A stretch of 64,000 nucleotides of DNA from Minutocellus sp. GHC0000111 (lineage: Eukaryota): the NCBI GenBank assembly GCA_977018835.1, contig OZ361256.1, forward strand, positions 3,162,001 to 3,226,000, given 5' to 3'. Position 1 is the first letter of the stretch, and every line of letters starts with the position of its first letter. Positions 23,054 through 33,821 of this stretch are shown here, piece after piece. The notes beneath the pieces were generated by a model, which saw only the letters and a list, made by a program, of their open reading frames with translations, did not search any database and was not told the DNA's origin. The position numbers and the translations under genes are program-made.

Positions 23054-24477
23054 CTAATCATCCGACCTAGAAAATACGTTGTAAATATTGCCGCAACTTC
23101 CTGTGCGGTACTTGCCTTTGCCTCTGGCACCCGTGTCACCAAATGCACCCTTTGTCACTAAAGCCAAGTCACTATCATACAAAACCATCCAGTCCATTAT
23201 GGACTGCTTCATCACGTCATGACTGAATAAACCCACAGCCTTACCATTTTCTTTTCTGTGAAGTTTTTTTTCAATGAATTCCTTTGTGCAGGCAGAGACG
23301 ACCTTATGACCGCTAGTTGTTGCGTTATTTGATAAGTACTTTGCCAGCTCGACATCGTCTGATACCAACCACCACACTTTAATTTGTGTGTAGGATGCGA
23401 GGCAAATGTTCAACAATTCGGAAAACCGCTCCCTGCTTATTTTCAGCCTTCGGATGTCACCGACTCTCGTCCGAAGGTGGATGCCACCATAATGTGTCGT
23501 GTTTACGACACGTTCTCGTCGCTCATTGTGCAAATACTGGCTCAAGACGGTTGGCTGGTACATTGCATTTTGGAGGTGGGTTAAAAACTGATCGTTGGGG
23601 CAGTTCCCAATTCAATCTGGCGGAATTTCGCTTCGGCCGTTTGTAATGTGACTCCAAGCAACCCCGTAATTGGGACTTAGCAATATTTTGTACCGGGTGG
23701 TAGCATTCAAAGCACCCCAATCTTGATAAGCAGAGTCCCAATTCTCTGTCTTTGTCAAAGGCAGCACATGTTCATAATGTATGTATTTATCAAAAACGTG
23801 GTGCCCGGGAAAGTTTCCAGGCAATTTTGTCACTGCGTCTTCTATGGTTGGTATGTGCTGCTCAACGGCGGCCGTATCCCAGTTGTAGGAGCCAATGTTG
23901 ATGAACGATCTCCACGTATAATAGGGATCACGAGGTCCGTAGTCGACAATGCAGGGCCGGCCTAGCGCGGTCGCAAAGTAGCAGGTTTTAACGCTTTGTT
24001 GGATCGGCCTGCCAAAGCCAGAGCCCGCGTGTAAAGCGTAGTGGTACACGGGTGCAGACACGTTGCAGTCTGGATTGTGACGAAAACAGTCGTTAGTACT
24101 GTGCACCTTGACCATGATAGCGGAACACCGCTCAGCGTCCGATTGGGGAGTCGATTTGATCAGTTTGCCAGCAGACCAATCGACCTCGGGGTCGGCGGCT
24201 GCCCCAACACCACCAACTTTGTCAACGTATGCGTGCGCGGAGCCACCTTCTTGATGGATGTCGGGTGATTCACGCTTGCTGTTGCTTCTACTGCTGAGTA
24301 GGCAACCTCGACGAGTCTCTTCTTCGCGTAGCAGCTTTGTGACCACGGCTTCTTCTAACAGGAATGCCTGCACGCCGAGAAAGGCAAAAAGTGATATCCA
24401 CAGCCCATACGAGTTGGGCGCCGAACAGTCCCATGCGATGGATTTATTTGCTTGCTTGATTCAATTCGTGTCGGCAT
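23054..24477 (-). CDS. Type II membrane glycosyltransferase of the alpha-fucosyltransferase (GT11/23/37-like) fold; frameshifts near 24415 and 23600-23650
   Basis: TM YGLWISLFAFLGVQAFLL. Motifs GSGFGR, GGIHLRT, WLVSDD and IMDWMVLYDSD....GAFG match the three fucosyltransferase-superfamily motifs. Confidence 0.65.
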
Positions 24478-24764
24478 CTGTTTCCACGTTAGTCCTTCTT
24501 CCTCGCTTCTATCTTTCTTCTGGTATCCACGGTACATGTACCGTAGATTTGTGCTTGGGCGCACTTTGTTGCCGTGGTGCTGCCACAATGGCCACCATCC
24601 GGAAAAGATTTGTTTGGCAATTTCCATCGGAGCACGGATTGCATTCTACTTGGTTGCCTTGGTTTGGTGATGGCGCCGCCAATATTGTGTCGCCAATCTT
24701 GGTAGCAAAGGTTCGCAGCCACTGGTGCCGGTGAATGGTCTGCGAACCCTCGTCTCATGGGCTA

Positions 24765-24947
24765 CAGTCCGTTCTCACCTATAGGCCTAAGCAATTGGTA
24801 ATTGCTTAGGCGAGGGCTGAAATTCTGAGCATATTGCTTATTCTAAGAGCTAATTGGTACCTCAATCGCATGTTATTCCTTATTCCAAAATAAGGAATTT
24901 GAGACCTCGGGCCCGAGACTCAATTGCTTATAGGTGAGAACGGACTG
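24765..24947. mobile_element. 183-bp MITE of Tc1/mariner (pogo-like) type with TA target-site duplication
   Basis: Perfect 19-bp TIRs: CAGTCCGTTCTCACCTATA (24765-24783) and TATAGGTGAGAACGGACTG (24929-24947). Flanked by TA at 24763-24764 and 24948-24949. AT-rich non-coding interior with repeated AATTGCTTA motifs. Confidence 0.92.
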
Positions 24948-25439
24948 TACATCTACATGTAAAAAAGAAAATGTTAATAAGTAAAATCTACGTAGACATT
25001 TATCGAACTGTCATCTTGATCTTCCTTCACTCGCCTTTACTCGTAGTGATATTCAGGGCCACCTCTGTAGCCTCAGATGTACCGGCACATGTAACAATAA
25101 CCCATGCCTCTTCCTGGAGCTGCCAAAACAAAATAGCCATTGCGCGCTGAACTCGGCAATCAGCATGCCCCGAGATGAAGAAGGATCCGAGCAAGAAAGC
25201 CTTCTGCCTGTGGATACATAGTAATGTGTCAAACAGTATATTGCATGCCATGTACCGTTACCCATCACACACTTCTTTCAGTGCAAGGAAGGTGCTGCCG
25301 CATCTCATGGGAATGAACTCTGAACATGGAGCGCGCGCCAAACTCGATGACTTTTGACTACTTGTACTAATAGGCCCCTTAGCACAATTATCTAGCAGGT
25401 GCAAAGCATCCATATTATATTTCTTTTTTTCGTCTCAAA

Positions 25440-25746
25440 ATGACGCACTGGGCCAGCTATGCACTATGGGTCAATTCTATGCCAAGATGCCGGAGATTCC
25501 CCCCCGACACTTGCGGGAAGAGCACGTGTGACTGCATCAACAGTGCCCGAACTCAGCTATGTGTCTGTGAGAAGGGCAAGGGCTTCAATAGAAAGTCAAT
25601 GCCAACCCATTCTGACCCCAGAAACTACTCCTTTTCCTACGATAGAATCCATCAACAACCTTAATTGTAAAAAGGACTTCGATGCCTGCACAGGTTGCCT
25701 TAGTAGCGGCACTTCTATTGTAATGAATTATTTTGTAAGGTTCTAG
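25440..25746 (+). pseudogene. Degenerate fragment related to the Cys-rich gene at 21785-22558
   Basis: CKKDFDACTGCLSSGT resembles CEADFDTCEACLSSGI and is preceded by TPETTPFPT. Confidence 0.5.
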
Positions 25747-25787
25747 CTAGCTAAGGTATGTAATGTACAAAAGTTGTCAGTCACATC

Positions 25788-27531
25788 TCAAACGCTCAAC
25801 CAATCCGGCTGAAACTCGAGGCGACCCTCGTCGGCGGCCACCTGCAGCTTCTTGAGGGCCTGGCTGCACAGCCGTCGACCGTACTCGGCCGACACGGCCA
25901 TGTGCCGTCCGACCTCGGCGAAGCTCATGGCCTCGCCCCATCGTCCTCCCTGAGCCGAAGATACAGAGGTAGTCGATACTTTTGATGTTCTTGTTTGGGC
26001 TTTGTCAGCCTTCTTGGCGGACCGTTCGGATTGGATAGCTCGGGCGGTGGACGGGAGAGGATCGGCCGAGTAGGAGGCCAGGAGGCCCTCCTTGCCGAAC
26101 AGATCCTCCAGGGCCTCCTCTTCGTAGTCCCTTGCCGGAGTAGCTTTGGTCGCGGTAGCACTTTTCGCGGTGGCTGTAGCTGTCACCGGTTCGGTAGCAG
26201 CAGCGTCGGCATCGTCGATGGCCTGATTGAGCCCATACCTCCAACTGAGAGCCTCCAACTCCTTGGGCTTGAGGTGCTCGGACAGCACGCGGCGGATCTC
26301 CGCCACGTCGTCGGTGGTATGACCCGACGGGGCGATGGCCGTACCGGTAGCAGCACTAGAGGCAGCGGTAGACGTCACCGCTGCCGCATTGCCCTTGCTG
26401 GCCTTCTTGCCCAACAGCACATCCTGCCACCCACCCTCCAGACTCTCCAAGCTGGTGTATCCCCCGCCCAGTCGGCGTCGCCGGACCTTGACCGCCTCGA
26501 CCAGCTGCCGGTCGGACAATCCGGCCTCCTCGGCCAACATCCGCGCCCTCTCGGCCTCCCTCCACGCCGCCCTGTTCGACTGCCTCCCCGCCACCCCTCG
26601 CAAGGCCGCCTCCTCGTCCAGATCGATCCCCAACCGCTGCGCCGCTAGTGTCAGCTTGCGCACCCCCTCGCTGACGTAGACGGGCACCTTGACCAGATCG
26701 TCCCGCTCGGCGATGCACCGCAGGACGGCGGCGCGGATCCAGTACACCGCGTAGGTGGCGAAGCGCGCGCCGTTGGTTCCCGTGGGGTCGTACTTGTCGA
26801 TGGCCCGGGACAGCCCCAGGCCCCCCTCCTGGATTAAGTCGTCGCGCGACAACGAGTTGAGCTTCACTTGCGCCTTTTGTGTCTTTTCCGACGTGGACTT
26901 GCTTTTGGTGAGGCGAGGGTCGGGCCCGACGATGGAGTTGACCACGTGATGCACCAGCGCCATGTTGCGCGTGATCAGCTCGTCTCTTGCCCTTTGTCCG
27001 TCCTCCAGCGCTGCCTCGTAGGCTTGGACATCGTCGCCGTATCCGGCCGCCTCGACCCGCAAACTGAGCCGGGGAGGTTGCAGCGTCGGACTGGCCAGGG
27101 CCAGGTCGCGATCGAGCTGGCGGAGGCGGAGGTATTCCACCGCCAGGGTGAGGAGGTCGACTTCCTCGTCGGGCGTGGGCGGGGAGATGCGGGTACGTCG
27201 ACGTGCGGAGGGAGTCGGAGCTGGACGCCATGGAGAGGGCGGTTGGGGCAGCGGCATGAGCGTAAGATGTAGAAGAAGAAGAAGAAGATGTGCCGGTTTG
27301 GTCGAACGGAGACACATGCACGGGAGAATTGCCAAGACAGCGCACGCCTTGAAAGGGTGGCGAGGGAACGACAAACGCCTCGGCCGCGAGCATGCTAGAA
27401 GATGAGCCCATGAGGAGGACCGAAGCGGCGGCAGCTGCGGCGGCGGTAGCGGTGGCGGCAGTCCGAGTCGTCCGGCCGACGGCCGACCGAGGACGGCGGC
27501 GGCTGGTGGGGCTGCTCGAGCTCATGCTCAT
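25788..27531 (-). CDS. Nucleus-encoded plastid RNA polymerase sigma-70 family factor; one frameshift near 27180
   Basis: Presequence ending MLAAEAF. Region 1.2-like TPDEEVDL; region 2 RDELITRNMALV, DLIQEGGLGLSRAIDKYDP, RFATYAVYWIR; region 4 LSWRYGL...MSFAEVGRHMAVS..ALKKL. Confidence 0.9.
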
Positions 27532-28638
27532 GGTTGGCCGTCGATTGTTAGTGGAAGTGGATGAATTTGTGCAAGTAGTAAGACTTGGATTAGCTGCGTT
27601 TGCAAATGCGTGGCTGCGTCGTGGTATCAAATACAAGTACGAGTATTGATGGGTGCAGCTTTTTGATGGCTGACTTGGAGCGAGATGTGCTGATTGCCAT
27701 CTTTCTCCGCGTCAGAAGGCAAAAGAAGTCAGAGGAAAAACCCGCCACGTCATCGAACTAAAAAGCGGGACCAAGGACATGGACAAATCGGGATCAACGA
27801 TGTGGGAGCATGAAGAAGTCAAAGGAGAGCTTCCAGTCTCAAACAATTTCTTTTTTTTGCATGGGAAAATTTTAACTCGGCAGCAGCACGTGTCAGGAAC
27901 AAGGCGGCCTCGAGCATTGACCTAATCAACTACTTCTGTGACCGACTGTCTCTCTGCAATCAAGACCAGCTGGATGCCGAGCCTCCTCACAAACACAGAG
28001 AGAGAGAGAAAAAAAAACACTCTCGCACAGCAAGTGACAACCGACACCAGGCACCATCGGCGGCAGCAGATGGTTCTCCGCACGACTGCACTCAACAGTG
28101 TGTTAGTAATTAAAGCTATCAAAGGACAGGATCAAAGAAGAAAGAAAGATAGACATGAAGAGCAGTTGCTCTCTCGAACAACACAACAAAGAAGACTTGG
28201 CAAAAAACAACTAATTGCAACAACAACACATGGGGACCCGGAACTAAGTCCGGCGAGGAAACATCTGGTAGAGAAGCGCAAACGCTTGTGCCCAACACCC
28301 GAGGATGGGGCCGCAGCATGCAGGCGACCGAGTGGCACTCCCCTCGACAATGTGGCTGCCATCATGGGTGCTGCCTGCCATCATCAGCACTCTTCTTAGA
28401 GTCCGAACGCCAGAAACTCAAAATGGCTTGATGAGAGATTCATGGATGGCTGATTATGTTTCGATTGGATTGTTTCCTGAGGAGATTTCGACCCGCACGA
28501 CAAGACGATTTTTCCCGAAAAATGCGGCGGTGCGGGCGGCAGAGGGCAAAAAGTCCCAACGCGGTGAAAGTTAAGTCGAAAATTTCATCGCGCCGGCCAG
28601 GCCGTTTCCGCAGTTTTTTGACTTGAGCGACTGGTAGT

Positions 28639-28837
28639 GGAAGAACAGGCGAGATCAAGGTGTTTCAGAGAAATCTTGTAGCAAATGCTAGGCCAAGAGG
28701 CCTCAAGTTCATGCATGTAACTGCAAAAAATCCGTCCAAAGAATGGTTGGATGGAGGAGTCGGACAAAAAAGTGACGCGGAAGAACGGGCGGAGTTCAAG
28801 GTGTTTCAGAGAAATAATGTAGCAAGTAGGCCAAGAG
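28639..28837. repeat. Imperfect ~60-bp direct repeat with 140-bp period
   Basis: GGAAGAAC.GGCG..TCAAGGTGTTTCAGAGAAAT..TGTAGCAA..TAGGCCAAGAG at 28639-28699 and 28779-28837. Confidence 0.85.
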
Positions 28838-29078
28838 TCAAAAAATCGGCATGCTAGTACCTAGGCCTAGGCACGTTCGCGCGCGTGCATGCGGCCGATT
28901 CTAGGCCGGGATTGTGCACAAAGAGAACACACAAAGAGAACACGACCGGCCTCACGCAGGCCTGACGCGGCCTTGGACGCTACTACGTAGAAGAGTGTGG
29001 GTGGTGCATCATCAAGCCATCTCCTAATTCAGTCCACAAAAGTCAAAAGCAAGCAAAAAACAATTCAGAGAAGACGAC

Positions 29079-29600
29079 ATGAGCATGGAATCCAGCAACC
29101 AAGAGGCCAACAAGGTTGGCAATGACGGCATCAACATTGATGATGCCGCTGCTGTTGCCGACGGCAACGGCAACGGCAACGATGCACAAGAAAGAGCCAG
29201 CCAGCGACCTGGCAGCAGCAGCAGCGACGAAGTCAACGCATCATTGCCATCCTCAAAGAGGCCAAAAAATTGCCATTCACACTTTCACCGGGGCAAGAAT
29301 GCCGCCGCACCCGTCGACTTCTCCGGCCTGCCCGTCGTTGCCTACTACGCCAATCTCATGGATGCAGACGACGACGAATCTCCCAACCGCGAGGAGGATA
29401 CCGGCTGCTCCTGTCGCCGGTCGCGACGAGCTGGCCCCGTTAGACGACGACGCCCACGCAACCAGCCGGGCGACGAAGAAGAAGCGTTTTCCGATGTCTT
29501 CGCACCCAAGGCCAAGGAACTGCACGTCCTCGAATTTGCGACGAAACTGCTGAGCATCATCGACGCCGCAGATGCCGTCAGTGATGAAGAGGCGACATGA
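29079..29600 (+). pseudogene. Hypothetical ORF in TpA-depleted repeat-like region
   Basis: 173-aa ORF with coding-like composition. KNCHSHFHRG and GCSCRR suggest Tyr>Cys/His decay. The 3' end is tandemly duplicated. Confidence 0.4.
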
Positions 29601-29787
29601 ATAGATCAGATCTGTCCGCAACAATTCTGCAATTCAATGCGCTAAGTCAGACCAAGGAACTGCACTCTCTCGCCTTCGCGACGGAACTGCTGAGCATCAT
29701 CGACGCCGCAATTGCCATCAGTGATGAAGAGGCGACGTGAGTAGATCTGATCTGTCCGCAACAATTCTGCAATTCAATGCGCTAAGT
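29512..29787. repeat. Diverged tandem duplication, 140-bp period
   Basis: CCAAGGAACTGCAC...CAATTCAATGCGCTAAGT at 29512-29647 and 29652-29787. Confidence 0.93.
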
Positions 29788-30432
29788 AGCTAAACTCAAT
29801 GTAAAATAGATGACCAAGCGGTATATTACGTAAAGGTGTGTTAGAGTAGACCACAAACGAAAACCATATTTTTACTCAGGGTGACACGCAGCATTTTACA
29901 TACATGTAGTGGATCTACATGACATGGACATCTACATGTATCTACTCTACTCTACCAGGTAGCCACGGTCTTTTCAAGTATCTGTCCCCATACATCATAT
30001 TTCAGCTATACAAAGGCCCATGAATCATAAACCAGGCAGCACAACTGAACAGAAAACTGGCTACATGTGGTCTACCGGTGCACACAGCTACGTAGCAAGC
30101 CGATATTACTGGTTGTCGAACAGTTATTTACCACCGTCATGAACGCTACAACGCCAGGTCCAATGCGAGCTCTAGTACCGGTAGGATGCCAAGGGCAACA
30201 ATACCCCAAAACCCAAAGAACAACACTTTCTGGGATTGCCATGTCACTCCGGATCCTCTTTGATGCTGCCCTGAGAAATAACCACATGTAATAGCTAGGA
30301 AATTCTTTGCTAATTTGTAATTTGAAGGATAAAATCGCTTTGAGCTGAGCGCAATCTATCTTAGCTCGTAGGCATGTGTTTTTTTGGCATAATCTACTAG
30401 AGGGTATCTACTAATCGAGGGAAATAAACAAA

Positions 30433-31357
30433 CTACAGGTCGAGGGCCAACTTGTAGATGAAGATGTCTTCCGGAAGCAGGCGCTTGGTTTCTTCGTCGA
30501 CGCCATCAACGTCAAATCCTCGAACAAGAATGCCACGTTCTTTCGTTGCTTTGAAGAAATCATCTTCCACTGCTGGTATCCTGGGCTCATGGCTGAGCCA
30601 AATGTCAACGACGCAGTCCCCTCGGTCTTGAGTGCGTGTATAGTCCGCCGTTTCACTTTGATGCTTCAACATCACCTCATGTATCTGCAAGAGCCGTGTA
30701 AGCACCAGAGTTGGACGGAAAGATTAGATCACTCCCAAGCACAATATCAAATGGAACGCCCGTCCTGGCCTTGATCAGCTTCTGTATAGCATCCCCACTC
30801 CATGACAACTCTGCTACCTCTACTCGTCCGCCGGTCACTTCTGCATTTCTGTCGACATTCCTTCTCAGCAATGGCAGTGCAATGTCTCGCTCAGTCACAA
30901 CAACGTTGGCGCCCATTGCTGCCAGAGCCATCCCAACCAATCCGACGCCAGCACCCAGTTCCATCACATGTTTGTCAGAAAGATCGGTATCGGCATAGTG
31001 GTAGGTTAGAAAGTTTGTAAGTGCGAGGGAGCTATCCCAGAGGGTGGCGTCATTGCCACCAGCGAGGGAACCGGTGGGATCTTCCAGGAGGGTGAGTCGC
31101 CGAGTTGTTCCAGACGAACCGCATCTTATTTCAACGATTCGTTCAATCAAGTGGTCTTGAGATGTTGTATCGACACTGTTGTCACCGTCATTAGCGGACG
31201 AGTTTTCCATGCTCCTCGACATACATGTACCATCAGATGGAGGTGGCGGTGCCGGCGCCGACGAAACTTCTACCGGCGTCGTTGTTTCTGACACATCCCA
31301 AGCGATGCCCCCGCGTCTCTCCTCTCTTAGACGTTTCATCAACGCGAATGCGTTCAT
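30433..31357 (-). CDS. METTL21/Efm-type (Methyltransf_16) protein-lysine methyltransferase; frameshift near 30680
   Basis: Motifs LWDSSLAL, VMELGAGVGLVG, VVTER, ELSW and DIVLGSDLIF. The C-terminus (WLSHEPR..EDDFF) is in ORF 30433-30705. Confidence 0.85.
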
Positions 31358-31444
31358 AGTTTCAGTACTAGTAGAGTACCGTTCTGCTCCCCACAACCCC
31401 CAAGGACGATACATACGGACGATGTGCTGTTGTTGAGGTCGCTG

Positions 31445-31523
31445 AGGTAAGCATGGTCCCGGTAATGAACTTCATTACCAGATTGGCCGGGAACAGCCCA
31501 ACATCGTTACAAAACCCAGTTCG
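31445..31523 (+). repeat. 79-bp dispersed direct repeat, copy 1 (probable transposon end)
   Basis: AGGTAAGCATGGTCCCGGTAATGAACTTCATTACC...AAAACCCAGTTCG, with one mismatch to the copy at 33203-33281. Confidence 0.93.
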
Positions 31524-33202
31524 CAAGTTCGCATCTGCGAGTCAGCCGATCCATTTTGAACATAAAAAATGTTTGAAAATGAAAACATATATAAGCCGGC
31601 CGGACATGAACGGACAAGATATGAACTTCTTGTAAATGAAGTTATCATTACCCGAGGAAGCTGCTAGCATTTTTGGCTTGCTTTGGCACGCATCTTACGG
31701 GGTGTCAGAGTTCGCATCGCGCCGGCCCAGCCTGTTGAAAAATGCATAGAGAACTCTCTGGAACCGCGAGTACGAGTCGAGCGATCTTTGACGCGGATGC
31801 GATGATGCCTTCATTCGACACCCACATCGATGGATGGCATCTTGCGCTCGCCGCCGCAACAGACATCTTGATTCAAAATGAACATGTAGTTGCTCGTGCC
31901 ACCGCATGGGCCGCTGCATCACCCCGCGTAATTTTCTTCGTCACATGCCAGAGCCGTGGCGGTTTGTGCCGCAGCAATCTGCATCCTGTGTGCCAGGCTC
32001 AGATGGAGCACGACATGAACATCGACGACGTGCCGGCGATGATGCTGTGTTCGAATTGCCTCTGCCGAGCTACAGGGGATAAGTGGAACGACGATGAAGC
32101 GGCCGGAATCCTCCAGGAGGCTCAAGGTGGCATCACGGATGCTGGATCTGCTGGAATTCTGGCTGAAGCAATAACGACACACGGAGCATGGAGAAACGAT
32201 CGCACCTTCAACATGTACCTGAGTGACTAATTGAGAAACATGATGGCCATGCACGCAGTATTTGATTGGATTAGATATGTAAATACATAAAGATGCATAT
32301 TTGAATTCATGAATGCATGTAAAAATATATTAGATCTAGATCTACTGGTACTTGCTTTGAATCTGTTATTACATGTATTGTTATTATTTATTATTCTACT
32401 GTACATAGCATGTAAAATAGCACATTAACAAATAGATATTCAGCATGTACAACATGCTTGGTCGGATGGAATACGGTAGACCATCATGCAAGTCATCCTC
32501 AAGATGCGGTCTACCGAACCACGCAAACAGGCACAAAGCGACGACGCTACATTTGCTGTTGCTGGTGCATTCGTCCTCGGCTATCAACCTCGAATATGCG
32601 CAAGACAATCTGCCACAGCCGCAGACACAAATCCATTTTTGTCGAGCGCGAGACTCTTGCCGACACTTGTGCTTTGCGCCGCTGCATATCAAAATCAAAT
32701 GATGCACATAAAAGTAGGCGTTCCACGGCGGCGGCCGACGATGTGTGTGGATCGCCCACTCCACGTTGGCAGCGCCAGTGACATGTGCATTCGCCTTCGA
32801 TCGTTTCCGCACCTCAGCAGTGCATTTTGCTCGCTTCGACGGCTCCCGAACGAGAATCGCGCGCGGCAGATGACCCGCCTGTTGTGAGTAGCCGAGGAGG
32901 ACGAGGAAGGAGCTACCGCGTGTTTAGTCACGAGTCGAGGCGGCGAACCTTCGCCGTATGGCAAGCGCTGCGCAAGAATCTTGCAGCAAACTTAGCATAT
33001 ATCGTGGTCAGAGATCTGCTTGCTTCCTTTTTGTGTGTGTTTGTTCTGGTTGACGCACCGGCGGCCTGTCAGAAGGCGCCGCAAAGCCGGCCATTGTAGC
33101 GGCCGGATTTTGAGACTGAGATTTGAAAGTGCTCTTGGTAATACCATGACGGGGGTCTTTGGTGCTGTAGTCAACATCATTACCAGAGGGGGTGATAACT
33201 AC

Positions 33203-33281
33203 AGGTAAGCATGGTCCCGGTAATGAACTTCATTACCAGATTGGCCGGGAACAGCCCAACATCATTACAAAACCCAGTTCG
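33203..33281 (+). repeat. 79-bp dispersed direct repeat, copy 2
   Basis: Near-identical to 31445-31523. Confidence 0.93.
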
Positions 33282-33821
33282 ATGGTGCATGTGTCATTTA
33301 TTGGGGGGGGGGGGGCTGTCGTGGATGTTTCGCCGGATTTCGGGATGATGTCATCCAATTTCCCCAGCACAGCAAGATGTCTCGAGACACTCCCGCACCA
33401 AGGTGCTCCCGTGCCGTGTGTTGTTCATGGCGCCCCGTTTCAGATTGATGTTTCATTGACGCGTCGGGGAAACCATGCTGACAGGCTGAACTCCTCTATC
33501 CCGCCAAACTCGGGCGCACACGAGAACACAAGAAGAGCCAGATTGGCAGAGTGCCAGTTGTGGTAAAAGGCGCATTGGCGAGGTGCTGTGCAATCTTTCA
33601 CTGTTTGTTTGTGCATCGAGTGATCTTCACTCGGGACAGATCCACCATCTCCACTCCAACAGCACTCTGATCGAATCGATTCGATCGAAGATGCTACGCC
33701 ACACAAGATCCTTTCCAGAGCGACATCAACCTCCTCGCGCGCTCTCTCTTCATCGCGCGCCGCACAGCCAAAAACACACAAGGCACACAAGCAGAATCCA
33801 AACTCGACAAGTGTTCCAACC

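Noticed and set aside
25788..27531. Bacterial contamination or recent HGT of the sigma-70 gene
   Set aside because: It has a bipartite plastid presequence and host-like low-complexity inserts, and it is flanked by eukaryotic genes. Nuclear plastid sigma factors are expected in algae.
12660..33281. CRISPR-like array from the 38-bp, 140-bp or 79-bp repeats
   Set aside because: Each has only two copies with no unique-spacer structure, there are no cas genes, and the context is eukaryotic.
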